From: Eledone cirrhosa
Taxonomy: Eukaryota
NCBI GenBank assembly: GCA_964016885.1
Contig: OZ024753.1
Location: 21,638,001-21,702,000 of the forward strand
Length of the DNA stretch: 64,000 nucleotides
Reading direction: 5' to 3'
Under the pieces are notes generated by a model. It was given only the letters and a program-made list of their open reading frames with translations. It was not told where the DNA came from and ran no database searches. Made by a program: the position numbers and the translations under genes. Positions 9,371 through 22,200 of the stretch are shown piece by piece; the stretch's first letter is position 1, and every line of letters starts with the position of its first letter.

Positions 9371-11330
9371 GTTCTTCTGGTTTTATAATTTCACAAATTT
9401 TTACCAATAGAGAGAGGGCCTCTATCATCCAAGAGTGGGGAACAGAATCAAAAGCTTTCCTGTAGTCCAGCCAGACTGTAGTCATATTCCTCCTAAGTTG
9501 TCGCACCTCCGACATCGCAGTTTTGTTGATTAGGAGTTGTTCAGCACATCCCCAAACATCTTTCTTTCCAGCTGCTTGTTCATCTGTGATGATGTTATTA
9601 TTTTCACAGTAATCTTGGAGGAATAGGTTCAGGCAGGCTGTATACATCTTATACATTTGGTTCTGGCATGCAATGGGTCGGTAGTTTTTTGCCAAGTGGG
9701 TGTCTTTGTTCTTGGGGACCAGTAACGTTAGTGCTAATGTGAACCATTCTGGTATAAGTGTATCTCCCTTAAGAACTTGTTGGTAGAGGTCAGTAAGATA
9801 CCTCCGATAGAATATCAGTTTTTTGTACCCGTAGCCGACAATCATGTCTCTTCCTGGTGTTTTCTTATCTTGGAGTTTTCCTATCACAGTCTCAAGGGTA
9901 CCCTCTCTTATTTCGTATGTTTTTGCAATAGTTCTTTTGGATTTCTCTTAGCCACACTGCATCTTGGTTTTAATTCTTCTTTTCACCCCATATCTTTCTC
10001 CAAAAGGAATCTATGTCTTTCTGGGATGGGGCCTCAGTGACACTTATTATTTTGTTCTTCATATCTCTATAGACTGATGTTTGGTTTCGTCTGAATCTTT
10101 TATTAAGCACTTTTCTCTCCTCTACCCTCTCCAGGTATCGGCGTTTTTCGCTAACAGCTCTCAATTCTTGTTTGAGGGTGATCAGCTTATATTGGAGAGT
10201 TCTGGTTCTACTATTACCAAACATCGTCTCTATTTTATTTTTCACTCTTTGTTGGTGAGGAGTAAGATTTTTGTGTGTTTGTTTGCATGTAAGGAGCATT
10301 GTCACATATCCTATGGTTTTTCGTAGGTCAGCAATCTTTTTTTCTATTTTAGTTATATATGATGGTTTTTTTGGTGGTGTTTTGTTCTTGTTAATATCTC
10401 TGCTATCACCAAGATAATGCTTCACTGTCGTTGCTAAGGAATATAAACAGGCGTGATTTGCCAAAATGTTGGGGTTTTTATCCCCTATTTCGTCAATAAC
10501 AATTTCATTATTTGTTTTTTTTTATTAAATATTGTTTTAATACGTTCAAGCAAGAGAGATATTTATACATGAATTAATTTCTCTCTGGAAGATTTCGTTG
10601 AGGGAAATTTTCAATTGTTTATACTTTTGATTATTATCATTATCGATAGTATTTTCCACAACAGTCGAGGTAGACTCGGATGGTACACGTGGTGTCAAAT
10701 TTCTTCGATTATTATTATTATTTCTTCGATGGGCGGTGGATTGGCAGTATCGGTAGAGGGTCGGACGCCATGCTTTGCAGCAAAGAGTTACGGCCCTTTA
10801 TGATCTGAGTTCAAATCCCGCCAGGGTTAACTTTGCCTTTCATCCTTACGGGGCCGATAAAATAAAGTACCAGTAATGCACTGGGATAATTGCTGGACTT
10901 GTGCCAAAAGTGGAAATAATAATTATTTCTTCGATTATTATTATTATCCATAGTGTTTTCCCCAGCATTCGAGGTAGACTTAGATGGTACAGGTGGTGTC
11001 AAGTTTCTTACAGGCATAGTTGTTTCAAGGCGCTGTTCGACCTGGCTGCTAGGAAGTCTAGTAGCATGGCGACCTGTAGCACGTGTTGTTGATAACATGT
11101 TTGTTGTGCTCAGCCATGCTGTTTGTAGCAAATCCTTGTAAAATGAATTATGTATTTAGTCGGATATCTCTACGAATTCGAATAAAAGGTGTCTTCAGTA
11201 GATATAGTTAGAAGAATAACCAGTTATTCAACATGACTTTAGTTGTGGCATTACTGTCGGAGATAGTGTTCATCTTGAATTTAATAAATAGTCTCCCACG
11301 CCAAATATGCGACTGATCGCGTTGACTGTG
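9371..11330 (-). mobile_element. R4/Dong-type LINE, copy B: 5' region and N-terminal RT fused to the last ~45 bp of the 3' end (internal deletion)
   Basis: KTPGRDMI, KNYRPIAC, WLDYRKAFDSVPHSWMIEAL, plus upstream ORF 9970-10464 (...FRRNQTSVY...FWRKIW). 9371-9416 is identical to the copy A 3' end at ~6595-6640. The 5' boundary is inferred from the start of the microsatellite. Confidence 0.8.
10731..10921 (+). mobile_element. Full-length tRNA-derived SINE, family A, with a 14-bp TSD
   Basis: A box tggcagtatcgg (~10742), B box gagttcaaatccc (~10807), (AAT)n tail. TSD attatttcttcgat at 10717-10730 and 10922-10935. Confidence 0.92.
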
Positions 11331-11580
11331 TATTGTATGTATATATATATATATGTATGTATGTATATATGCATGTATGTATATATGTAAGTATGTACGT
11401 ACGTATGTATGTATGTACGTATGTATGTATATATGTATGTACGTACGTACGTATGAATGTATATATATATGTATGTATGCATATATGTATGTATGTATAT
11501 ATGTATCTATGTATGTATGTATGTACGTATGTATGTATGTACGTATGTATGTACGTATATGTGTACGTACGTACATACAT
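11331..11580. repeat. Compound (TATG/TACG/TA)n microsatellite
   Basis: Seen directly; it produces the spurious YIHT/MYVC ORFs. Confidence 0.97.
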
Positions 11581-11748
11581 GGTGAATTGGCGGACATGCT
11601 TTCCAGCGTAGTTGCGTCCCTTTACGGTCTGAGTTCAAATCCCGCCGAGGTTAACTGCCTTTCATCCTTACGGGGTCGATAAAATAAAGTACCAGTAATG
11701 AACTGGGTATTTGCTGGCCTTGTGCTAAAAGTAGAAACAATTATTATT
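11581..11748 (+). mobile_element. tRNA-derived SINE, family A, with a deletion in the A-box region
   Basis: ggtgaattggcggacatgcttt...gagttcaaatcccgccgagg...ggggtcgataaaataaagtaccagt...cttgtgctaaaagtagaaacaattatt. Confidence 0.9.
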
Positions 11749-12270
11749 GCAACACTGAAAAGCTATCTTGATAGTCTTGCTTTGTTAAGAAGACATATTG
11801 TTAATACTAAATAGATTTGCTTTCTTCGTTTAGTCTACACAATGGTTAAATTGACATTAAACAAGACAGATACAGAATGAACATTAAATTAGAGCATATA
11901 TTTTCTTTTTAACATTTATATTTGTAATTATTTTGAATTTTATTGGTATGTTTTTGTTTTTATCTGATAAAAGTTTGTAAAGAAACAGAAAAAATTGATA
12001 CAAAGGTATTTATTGATTTATTCTTTCACTGTCTTGAATTTAGACATTTCCTCGTTGTTACATCTTTTCAGCAGACTTACTAGATTGAAGCCCTGTCACT
12101 TTCACACCTTAATCAATAACTACCGCTTATGTCGGTCCAGGTTTCGGCGTTTTCAAAGTTACGGAGGGTTTTCTTAATATTGGCCAAACTAATGAAGCTC
12201 GTCTTTGACTCAACTTCGTCAGTCTGCCAGTAATATTAAACTATAAAGATCACTAAAAAACAAGAAAACA

Positions 12271-12490
12271 TATATAATAGTCTACAGTCTACTATATATA
12301 GTAGTGTACAGTCTACAATATATAATAGTGTACAGTCTACTATATATAGTAGTGTACAGTCTACTATATATAGTAGCGTACAGTCTACTCTATATAGTAG
12401 TGTACAGTCTACTCTATATAATAGTGTACGGTCTACTGTATATAATAGTGTACCGTCTACTCTATATAGTAGTGTAAGGTCTACTGAATA
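12271..12490. repeat. 24-bp minisatellite, ~9 copies (tatatatagtagtgtacagtctac)
   Basis: gtctac recurs at 12287, 12311, 12335 and onward with a 24-bp period. Confidence 0.93.
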
Positions 12491-12535
12491 TACAAGTATA
12501 GTACTGGGGGATGTCTATAGGGGGTTGATTCGACT

Positions 12536-12620
12536 ACGACGGTTGACTGAAAAGCTCATAGGCTGACTAAGATACTCTCATGGAATGACCAAATGAGGTT
12601 TATTTTTCAGCATAGTTCCT
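12536..12620 (-). mobile_element. Terminal fragment of a mariner-like DNA transposon
   Basis: tacgacggttgactgaaaagctcataggctgac resembles mariner TIRs (TACGAGGG...AAAAGTT). Minus strand ends NYAEK*, like the mariner GDYVEK* C-terminus. Confidence 0.55.
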
Positions 12621-13111
12621 CGATATAAACAATGCAGTTATTTATAAGAAGAGTTGAAATTAAATGAATGCAATATTTCACAGCTCTAGCATCACTCCTT
12701 CATAGTCAGCCTGGTGAAGTATACCTGATCCACCTTCCATGACTAATCCCCTGTCTTTTTCGTTTAATGCATCACTTATCTTTTGTTATCTGTCCTTTTC
12801 CAATCAACCTTCTTCCATCATCTAATGCCACTGTGGAATGGACCTCCACCGGTTTCCACGATGAGTATTCCAGATGTTCCATCAACGTGAGTATTCCAGA
12901 CACGTCTACATTTGGCGTAATTCTATAAATATGTTATTCTTAGCGAGATTCAGCCTCATACTGTGTGACAAGCCTGGATCTTTGAAGTACCGGTGTAGTC
13001 CACCCAACGGGCTTACAAATAGTTTCCGTCTACCCAATTTCACTCGCAAAGTCAATTTATCCGAAAGAAGCATAAAGAATGAGAAGAAGGAAGTGAGAAA
13101 GAGATATAGAT

Positions 13112-13224
13112 GAAGTATCTACCCCAGTATTTGACTGGTATCTTTTTAATTAACCCCGAAATAATGAACAGCAAAGTTGATCTTGGCGGGATTTGAACAG
13201 AGAAGCGGAACGAATGTAGTAAAG
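13112..13224 (-). mobile_element. B box, body and tail of the family A SINE that hosts the satellite
   Basis: Minus strand: (gatagaatg)ctttactac...ctgttcaaatcccgccaagatcaactttgctgttcattatttcggggttaattaaaaagataccagtcaaatactgggg, colinear with the other family A copies. Confidence 0.88.
13188..13198 (-). promoter_or_regulatory. Pol III B box of the host SINE
   Basis: gttcaaatccc matches GTTCRANNC. Confidence 0.75.
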
Positions 13225-16200
13225 CATTCTATCAGACGTTCTAACCACACTACCATTCTATCAGACGTTCTAACCACTCTACCATTCTATCTAACGTTCT
13301 AACGACTCTGCCATTCTATCAGACGTTCTAACCACTCTACCATTCTATCAGACGTTCTAACCACTCTACCATTCTATCAGACGTTCTAACCACACTACCA
13401 TTCTATCAGAAGTTCTAACCACTCTACCATTCTATCTGACGTTCTAACGACTCTGCCATTTTATCAGACGTTCTAACCACTCTACCATTCTATCAGACGT
13501 TCTAACCACTCTACCATTCTATCTGACGTTCTAACCACTCTACCATTCTATCTGACGTTCTAACGACTCTGCCATTCTATCAGAGGTTCTAACCACACTA
13601 CCATTCTATCAGACGTTCTAACCACTCTACCAGTATATCAGACGTTCTAACCCCTCTACCATTCTATCAGACGTTCTAACCACTCTACCATTCTATCAGA
13701 CGTTCTAACCACTCTACCATTCTATCAGACGTTCTAAGCACACTACCATTTTATCAGACGTTCTAACCACTATACCATTCTATCTGACGTTCTAACGACC
13801 CTACCATTCTATCTGACGTTCTAACGACTCTGCCATTTTATCAGACGTTCTAACAACTCTACCATTCTATCAGACGTTCTAACGACTCTACCATTCTATC
13901 TGACGTTCTAACCACTCTACCATTCTATCTGACGTTCTAACGACTCTGCCATTCTATCAGACATTCTAACCACTCTATCATTCTATCTAACGTTCTAACG
14001 ACTCTGCCATTCTATCAGACGTTCTAACCACACTACCATTATATCATACGTTCTAACCACTCTACTATTCTATCAGACGTTCTAACGACTCTACAATTCT
14101 ATCTGACGTTCTAACGACTCTGCCATTTTAACAGACATTCTAACCACTCTACCATTCTATCAGACGTTCTAACCACTCTACCATTCTATCTGACGTTCTA
14201 AACACTCTACTATTCTATCGGACGTTCTAACCACTCTACCATTCTATCATACGTTCTAACCACTCTTCCAGTCTATCAGACGTTCTAACCACTCTACCAT
14301 TCTATCAGACGTTCTAACCACCCTACCATTCTATCAGATGTTCTAACCACTCTATCATTCTATCTGACGTTCTAACGACTCTGCCATTCTATCAGACGTT
14401 CTAACCACTCTACCATTATATCATACGTTCTAACCACACTACCATTCTATCAGACGTTCTAACCACTCTATCATTCTATCGGACGTTCTAAGCACTCTAC
14501 CATTCTATCAGACGTTCTAACGACTCTACAATTCTATCTGACGTTCTAACGACTCTACCATTCTATCAGACGTTCTAACCGCTCTACCATTCTATCTGAC
14601 GGTCTAACCACTCTACCATTCTATCTGATGTTCTAACCACCCTACCATTCTATCTGACGTTCTAACCACTCTACTAGTCTATCAGACATTCGAACCACTC
14701 TACCATTCTATCAGACGTTCTAACCACTCTACCATTCTATCTGACGTTCTAACGACTCTGCCATTTTATCAGACGTTCTAACCACTCTACCATTCTATCA
14801 GACGTTCTAACCACTCTACCATTCTATCTGACGTTCTAACCACTCTACCATTCTATCTGACGTTCTAACGACTCTGCCATTCTATCAGAGGTTCTAACCA
14901 CACTACCATTCTATCAGACGTTCTAACCACTCTACCAGTATATCAGACGTTCTAACCCCTCTACCATTCTATCAGACGTTCTAACCACTCTACCATTCTA
15001 TCAGACGTTCTAACCACTCTACCATTCTATCAGACGTTCTAAGCACACTACCATTTTATCAGACGTTCTAACCACTATACCATTCTATCTGACGTTCTAA
15101 CGACCCTACCATTCTATCTGACGTTCTAACGACTCTGCCATTTTATCAGACGTTCTAACAACTCTACCATTCTATCAGACGTTCTAACGACTCTACCATT
15201 CTATCTGACGTTCTAACCACTCTACCATTCTATCTGACGTTCTAACGACTCTGCCATTCTATCAGACATTCTAACCACTCTATCATTCTATCTAACGTTC
15301 TAACGACTCTGCCATTCTATCAGACGTTCTAACCACACTACCATTATATCATACGTTCTAACCACTCTACTATTCTATCAGACGTTCTAACGACTCTACA
15401 ATTCTATCTGACGTTCTAACGACTCTGCCATTTTAACAGACATTCTAACCACTCTACCATTCTATCAGACGTTCTAACCACTCTACCATTCTATCTGACG
15501 TTCTAAACACTCTACTATTCTATCGGACGTTCTAACCACTCTACCATTCTATCATACGTTCTAACCACTCTTCCAGTCTATCAGACGTTCTAACCACTCT
15601 ACCATTCTATCAGACGTTCTAACCACCCTACCATTCTATCAGACATTCTAACCACTCTATCATTCTATCTAACGTTCTAACGACTCTGCCATTCTATCAG
15701 ACGTTCTAACCACACTACCATTATATCATACGTTCTAACCACTCTACTATTCTATCAGACGTTCTAACGACTCTACAATTCTATCTGACGTTCTAACGAC
15801 TCTACCATTCTATCAGACGTTCTAACCGCTCTACCATTCTATCTGACGGTCTAACCACTCTACCATTCTATCTGATGTTCTAACCACCCTACCATTCTAT
15901 CTGACGTTCTAACCACTCTACTAGTCTATCAGACATTCGAACCACTCTACCATTCTATCAGACGTTCTAACCACTCTACCATTCTATCAGACGTTCTAAC
16001 CAGTCTACCATTCTATCTGACGTTCAAACCACTCAACCATTCTATCTGACGTTCTAACCACACTACCATTCTATCAGACGTTCTAACCAATCTACCATTC
16101 TATCAGACGTACTAACCATTCTACCTGACGTTCTAAAATCACTACCATTCTATCAGACGTTCTAACTATTCTACCATTCTATCTGACGTTCTAACCACTA

Positions 16201-19200
16201 CCATTCTATCTGACGTTCTAAAGACAATACCATTCTATCAGACGTTCTAATCACTCTACCATTCTATCTGACATTCTAATGACTGCCATTCAATCGAACG
16301 TTCTAACCACACGACCATTCTATCTGATGTTCTAACCACACTACCATGCTATCTGACGTTCTAACCATTCTACCATTCTATCTGATGTTCCAACGACACT
16401 ACCATTCTATCAGACGTGCTAACCACTCTGCCATTCTCTCTGACATTCTAATGACTGCCATTCTATCCAACGTCCTAACCACACTACCATTCTATCAGAC
16501 GTTCTAACCACTCTACCATTCTATCAGAGGTTCTAACCACTCTACCATTCTATCATACGTTCTAACCCTTCTACCATTCTATCAGACGTTCTAACCACTC
16601 TACCATTCTATCAGACGTTCTAAGCACTCTACCATTCTATCAGACGTTCTAACGACTCTACCATTCTATCCGACGTTCTAACCACTCTAGCATTCTATCT
16701 GACGTTCTAACCACTCTACCATTCTATCTTACGTTCTAACAACTGCCATTCTATCTGACGTTCTAACGACACTACCATTCTATCAGACGTTCTAACCACT
16801 CTACCATTCTATCTGACATTCTAATGACTGCCATTCTATCGAACGTTCTAACCACTACCATTCTATCTGATGTTCTAACCACACTACCATTCTATCAGAC
16901 ATTCTAACCACTCTACCATTCTATCTGACGTTCTAACCATTCTACCATTCTATCTGATGTTCTAATGACACTAGCATTCTATCAGACGTTCTAATCACAC
17001 TACCATTTATCTCATGTTCTAACGACACTACCAATCTATCAAACGTCCTAACGACTATACCATTATATCTGACATTCTAATGTCTGCTATTCTATCCAAC
17101 GTCCTAACCACAGTACTATTCTATCAGACGTTTTAACCATTCTACCATTCTATCAGATGTTCTAACCACTCTACTAGTCTATCAGACGTTCGAACCACTC
17201 TACTATTCTATAAGACGTTCTAACCACACTACCATTCTATCTGACGTTCTAACCACTCTACCATTCTATCTGACGTTCTAACGACTCTGCCATTCTATCA
17301 AACGTTCTAACCACTCTACCATTCTATCAGACGTTCTAACCACTCTACCATTCTATCTGACGTTCTAACGACTCTGCCATTCTATCAGATGTTCTAACCA
17401 CTCTACCATTCTATCATACGTTCTAACCACACTACCATTCTATCATACGTTCTAACCACTCTACCATTCTATCAGACGTTCTAACCACTCTACCATACTA
17501 TCAGACGTTCTAACCACACTGCCATTCTATCTGAAGTTCTAACCACTCTACTATTCTACCTGAGAGTTCTAACCACTCGACCATTCTATCTGACGTTCTA
17601 ATCATTCAACCATTCTATCTGACGTTCTAACCACACCACCATTCTATCAGACGTTCTAACCATTCTACCATTCTATCTGACGTTCTAACGACACTACCAT
17701 TCTATCAGACGTTCTAACCACTCCACCATTCTTTCTGACATTCTAATGACTGCCATTCTATCGAACGTTCTAACCACTACCATTCTATCTGATGTTCTAA
17801 CCACTCTACCATTTTATCTGACGTTCCGACCATTCTACCATTCTATCTGATGTTCTAACGACACTACCATTCTATCAGACGTTCTAACCACACTACCATT
17901 CTATCTGATGTTCTAACCACACTACCAGTCTATCAGAAGATCTAACCACTCTACCATTATATCTGACGTTCTAACCATTCTACCATTCTATCTGATGTTC
18001 TAACGACACTACCATTCTATGTGATGTTCTAACGACACTACCATTCTATCAGACGTTCTAGCCACTCTACCATTGTATCTGACATTCTAATGACTGCCAC
18101 TCTATCCAACATCCTAACCACACTACCATTCTATCAGACGTTCTAACCACTCTACCATTCTATCAGACGTTCTAACCACTATACCATTTTATCTGACGTT
18201 CTAACGACTCTGCCATTCTATCAGATGTTCTAACCACTCTACCATTCTATCATACGTTCTAACCACACTACGATTCTATCATACGTTCTAACCACTCTAC
18301 CATTCTATCAGACGTTCTAACCACTCTACCATACTATCATACGTTCTAACCACACTGCCATTCTATCTGACGTTCTAACCACTCTACTATTCTACCTGAC
18401 GTTCTAACGACTCTGCCATTCTATCAGACGTTCTAACCACTCTATCATTCTATCAGACGTTCAAACAACTCTACCATTCTATCTGACGTTCTAACGACTC
18501 TGCCATTCTATCAGATGTTCTAACCACTCTACCATTCTATCATACGTTCTAAGCACACTACCATTCTATCAGACGTTCTAACCACTCTACCTTTCTATCA
18601 GACGTTCTAAGCACTCTACCATTCTATCAGACGTTCTAACCACTCTAGCATTCTAGCATTCTATCTGACGTTCTAACGACTCTACCATTCTATCTGACGT
18701 TCTAACGACTCTACCATTCTATCTAACGTTCTAACGACTCTGCCATTCTATCACACGTTCTAACCACTCTACCATTCTATCAGACGTTCTAACCACTCTA
18801 CCGTTCTATCTGACATTCTAATGACTGCCATTCAATCGAACGTTCTAACCACACGACCATTCTATCTGATGTTCTAACCACACTACCATTCTATCTGACG
18901 TTCTAACCATTCTACCATTCTATCTGATGTTCTAACGACACTACCATTCTATCAGATGTTCTAACCACTCTACCATTCTATCAGACGTTCTAAGCACTCT
19001 ACCATTCTATCAGACGTTCTAACGACTCTACCATTCTATCTGACGTTCTAACCACTCTAGCATTTTATCTGACGTTCTAACCACTCTACTATTCTATCTT
19101 ACGTTCTAACGACTGCCATTCTATCTGACGTTCTAACGACACTACCATTCTATCAGACGTTCTAACCACTCTACCATTCTATCAGACGTTCTAACCACTC

Positions 19201-22200
19201 TACCATTCTATCTGACGTTCTAACCACTCTACTATTCTATCAGACGTTCTAACCACTCTACCATTCTATCAGACGTTCTAACCACTCTTCCAGTCTATCA
19301 GACGTTCTAACCACTCTACCATTCTATCAGATGTTCTAACCACTCTACCATTATATCATACGTTCTAACCACACTACCATTCTATCTGACGTTCTAACCA
19401 CTCTACTATTCTATCAGACGTTCTAACCACTCTACCATTCTATCAGACGTTCTAACCACTCTTCCAGTCTATCAGACGTTCTAACCACTCTACCATTCTA
19501 TCAGACGTTCTAACCACTCTACCATTCTATCAGATGTTCTAACCACTCTATCATTCTATCTGACGTTCTAACGACTCTGCCATTCTATCAGACGTTCTAA
19601 CCACTCTACCATTATATCATACGTTCTAACCACACTACCATTCTATCAGACGTTCTAACCACTCTATCATTCTATCAGACGTTCTAAGCACTCTACCATT
19701 CTATCAGACGTTCTAACGACTCTACAATTCTATCTGACGTTCTAACGACTCTACCATTCTATCAGACGTTCTAACCACTCTACCATTCTATCAGACGTTA
19801 TAACCACTCTACCAGTCTATTAGACGTTCTAACCCCTCTACCATTCTATCAGACGTTCTAACCACTCTACCATTCTATCAGACGTTCTAACCACACTACC
19901 ATTCTATCAGACGTTCTAACCACTATACCATTCTATCTGACGTTCTAACGACCCTACCATTCTATCTGACGTTCTAACGACTTTGCCATTTTATCAGACG
20001 TTCTAACAACTCTACCATTCAATCAGACGTTCTAACGACTCTACCATTCTATCTGACGCTCTAACCACTCTACCATTCTATCTGACGTTCTAACGACTCT
20101 GCCATTCTATCAGACGTTCTAACCACTCTATCATTCTATCTGACGTTCTAACGACTCTGCCATTCTATCAGACGTTCTAACCACACTACCATTATATCAT
20201 ACGTTCTAACCACTCTACTATTCTATCAGACGTTCTAACGACTCTACAATTCTATCTGACGTTCTAACGACTCTGCCATTTTAACAGACGTTCTAACCAC
20301 TCTACCATTCTATCAGACGTTCTAACCACTCTACCATTCTATCTGACGTTCTAACCACTCTACTATTCTATCAGACGTTCTAACCACTCTACCATTCTAT
20401 CATACGTTCTAACCACTCTTCCAGTCTATCAGACGTTCTAACCACTCTACCATTCTATCAGACGTTCTAACCACTCTACCATTCTATCAGATGTTCTAAC
20501 CACTCTATCATTCTATCTGACGTTCTAACGACTCTGCCATTCTATCAGACGTTCTAACCACTCTACCATTATATCATACGTTCTAACCACACTACCATTC
20601 TATCAGACGTTCTAACCACTATACCGTTCTATCTGACGTTCTAACGACCCTACCATTCTATCTGACGTTCTAACGACTCTGCCATTTTATCAGACGTTCT
20701 AACAACTCTACCATTCTATCAGACATTCTAACGACTCTACCATTCTATCTGACGCTCTAACCACACTACCATTCTATCTGACGTTCTAACGACTCTGCCA
20801 TTCTATCAGACGTTCTAACCACACTACCATTATATCATACGTTCTAACCACTCTACTATTCTATCAGACGTTCTAACGACTCTACAATTCTATCTAACGT
20901 TCTAACGACTCTGCCATTTTAACAGACATTCTAACCACTCTACCATTCTATCAGACGTTCTAACCACTCTACCATTCTATCTGACGTTCTAACCACTCTA
21001 CTATTCTATCGGACGTTCTAACCACTCTACCATTCTATCATACGTTCTAACCACTCTTCCAGTCTATCAGACGTTCTAACCACTCTACCATTCTATCAGA
21101 CGTTCTAACCACCCTACCATTCTATCAGATGTTCTAACCACTCTATCATTCTATCTGACGTTCTAACGACTCTGCCATTCTATCAGACGTTCTAACCACT
21201 CTACCATTATATCATACGTTCTAACCACACTACCATTCTATCAGACGTTCTAACCACTCTATCATTCTATCGGACGTTCTAAGCACTCTACCATTCTATC
21301 AGACGTTCTAACGACTCTACCATTCTATCAGACGTTCTAACCGCTCTACCATTCTATCTGACGGTCTAACCACTCTACCATTCTATCTGATGTTCTAACC
21401 ACCCTACCATTCTATCTGACGTTCTAACCACTCTACTAGTCTATCAGACATTCGAACCACTCTACCATTCTATCAGACGTTCTAACCACTCTACCATTCT
21501 ATCAGACGTTCTAACCAGTCTACCATTCTATCTGACGTTCAAACCACTCAACCATTCTATCTGACGTTCTAACCACACTACCATTCTATCAGACGTTCTA
21601 ACCAATCTACCATTCTATCAGACGTACTAACCATTCTACCTGACGTTCTAAAATCACTACCATTCTATCAGACGTTCTAACTATTCTACCATTCTATCTG
21701 ACGTTCTAACCACTACCATTCTATCTGACGTTCTAACCACTACCATTCTATCTGACGTTCTAAAGACAATACCATTCTATCAGACGTTCTAATCACTCTA
21801 CCATTCCATCTGACATTCTAATGACTGCCATTCAATCGAACGTTCTAACCACACGACCATTCTATCTGATGTTCTAACCACACTACCATTCTATCTGACG
21901 TTCTAACCATTCTACCATTCTATCTGATGTTCTAACGACACTACCATTCTATCAGACGTGCTAACCACTCTGCCATTCTCTCTGACATTCTAATGACTGC
22001 CATTCTATCCAACGTCCTAACCACACTACCATTCTATCAGACGTTCTAACCACTCTACCATTCTATCAGAGGTTCTAACCACCCTACCATTCTATCATAC
22101 GTTCTAACCCTTCTACCATTCTATCAGACGTTCTAACCACTCTACCATTCTATCAGACGTTCTAAGCACTCTACCATTCTATCAGACGTTCTAACGACTC

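Noticed and set aside
10731-10830. tRNA gene
   Set aside because: A and B boxes are present but there is no full cloverleaf. It continues into a SINE body and tail with a TSD.
11208-11682. YIHT/MYVC-rich ORFs (also 63731-63988, 8733-9040)
   Set aside because: These are translations of microsatellites.
13080-13125. Target-site duplication for the array-hosting SINE
   Set aside because: No convincing direct repeat is shared with 58500-58530. Both flanks are merely A-rich.
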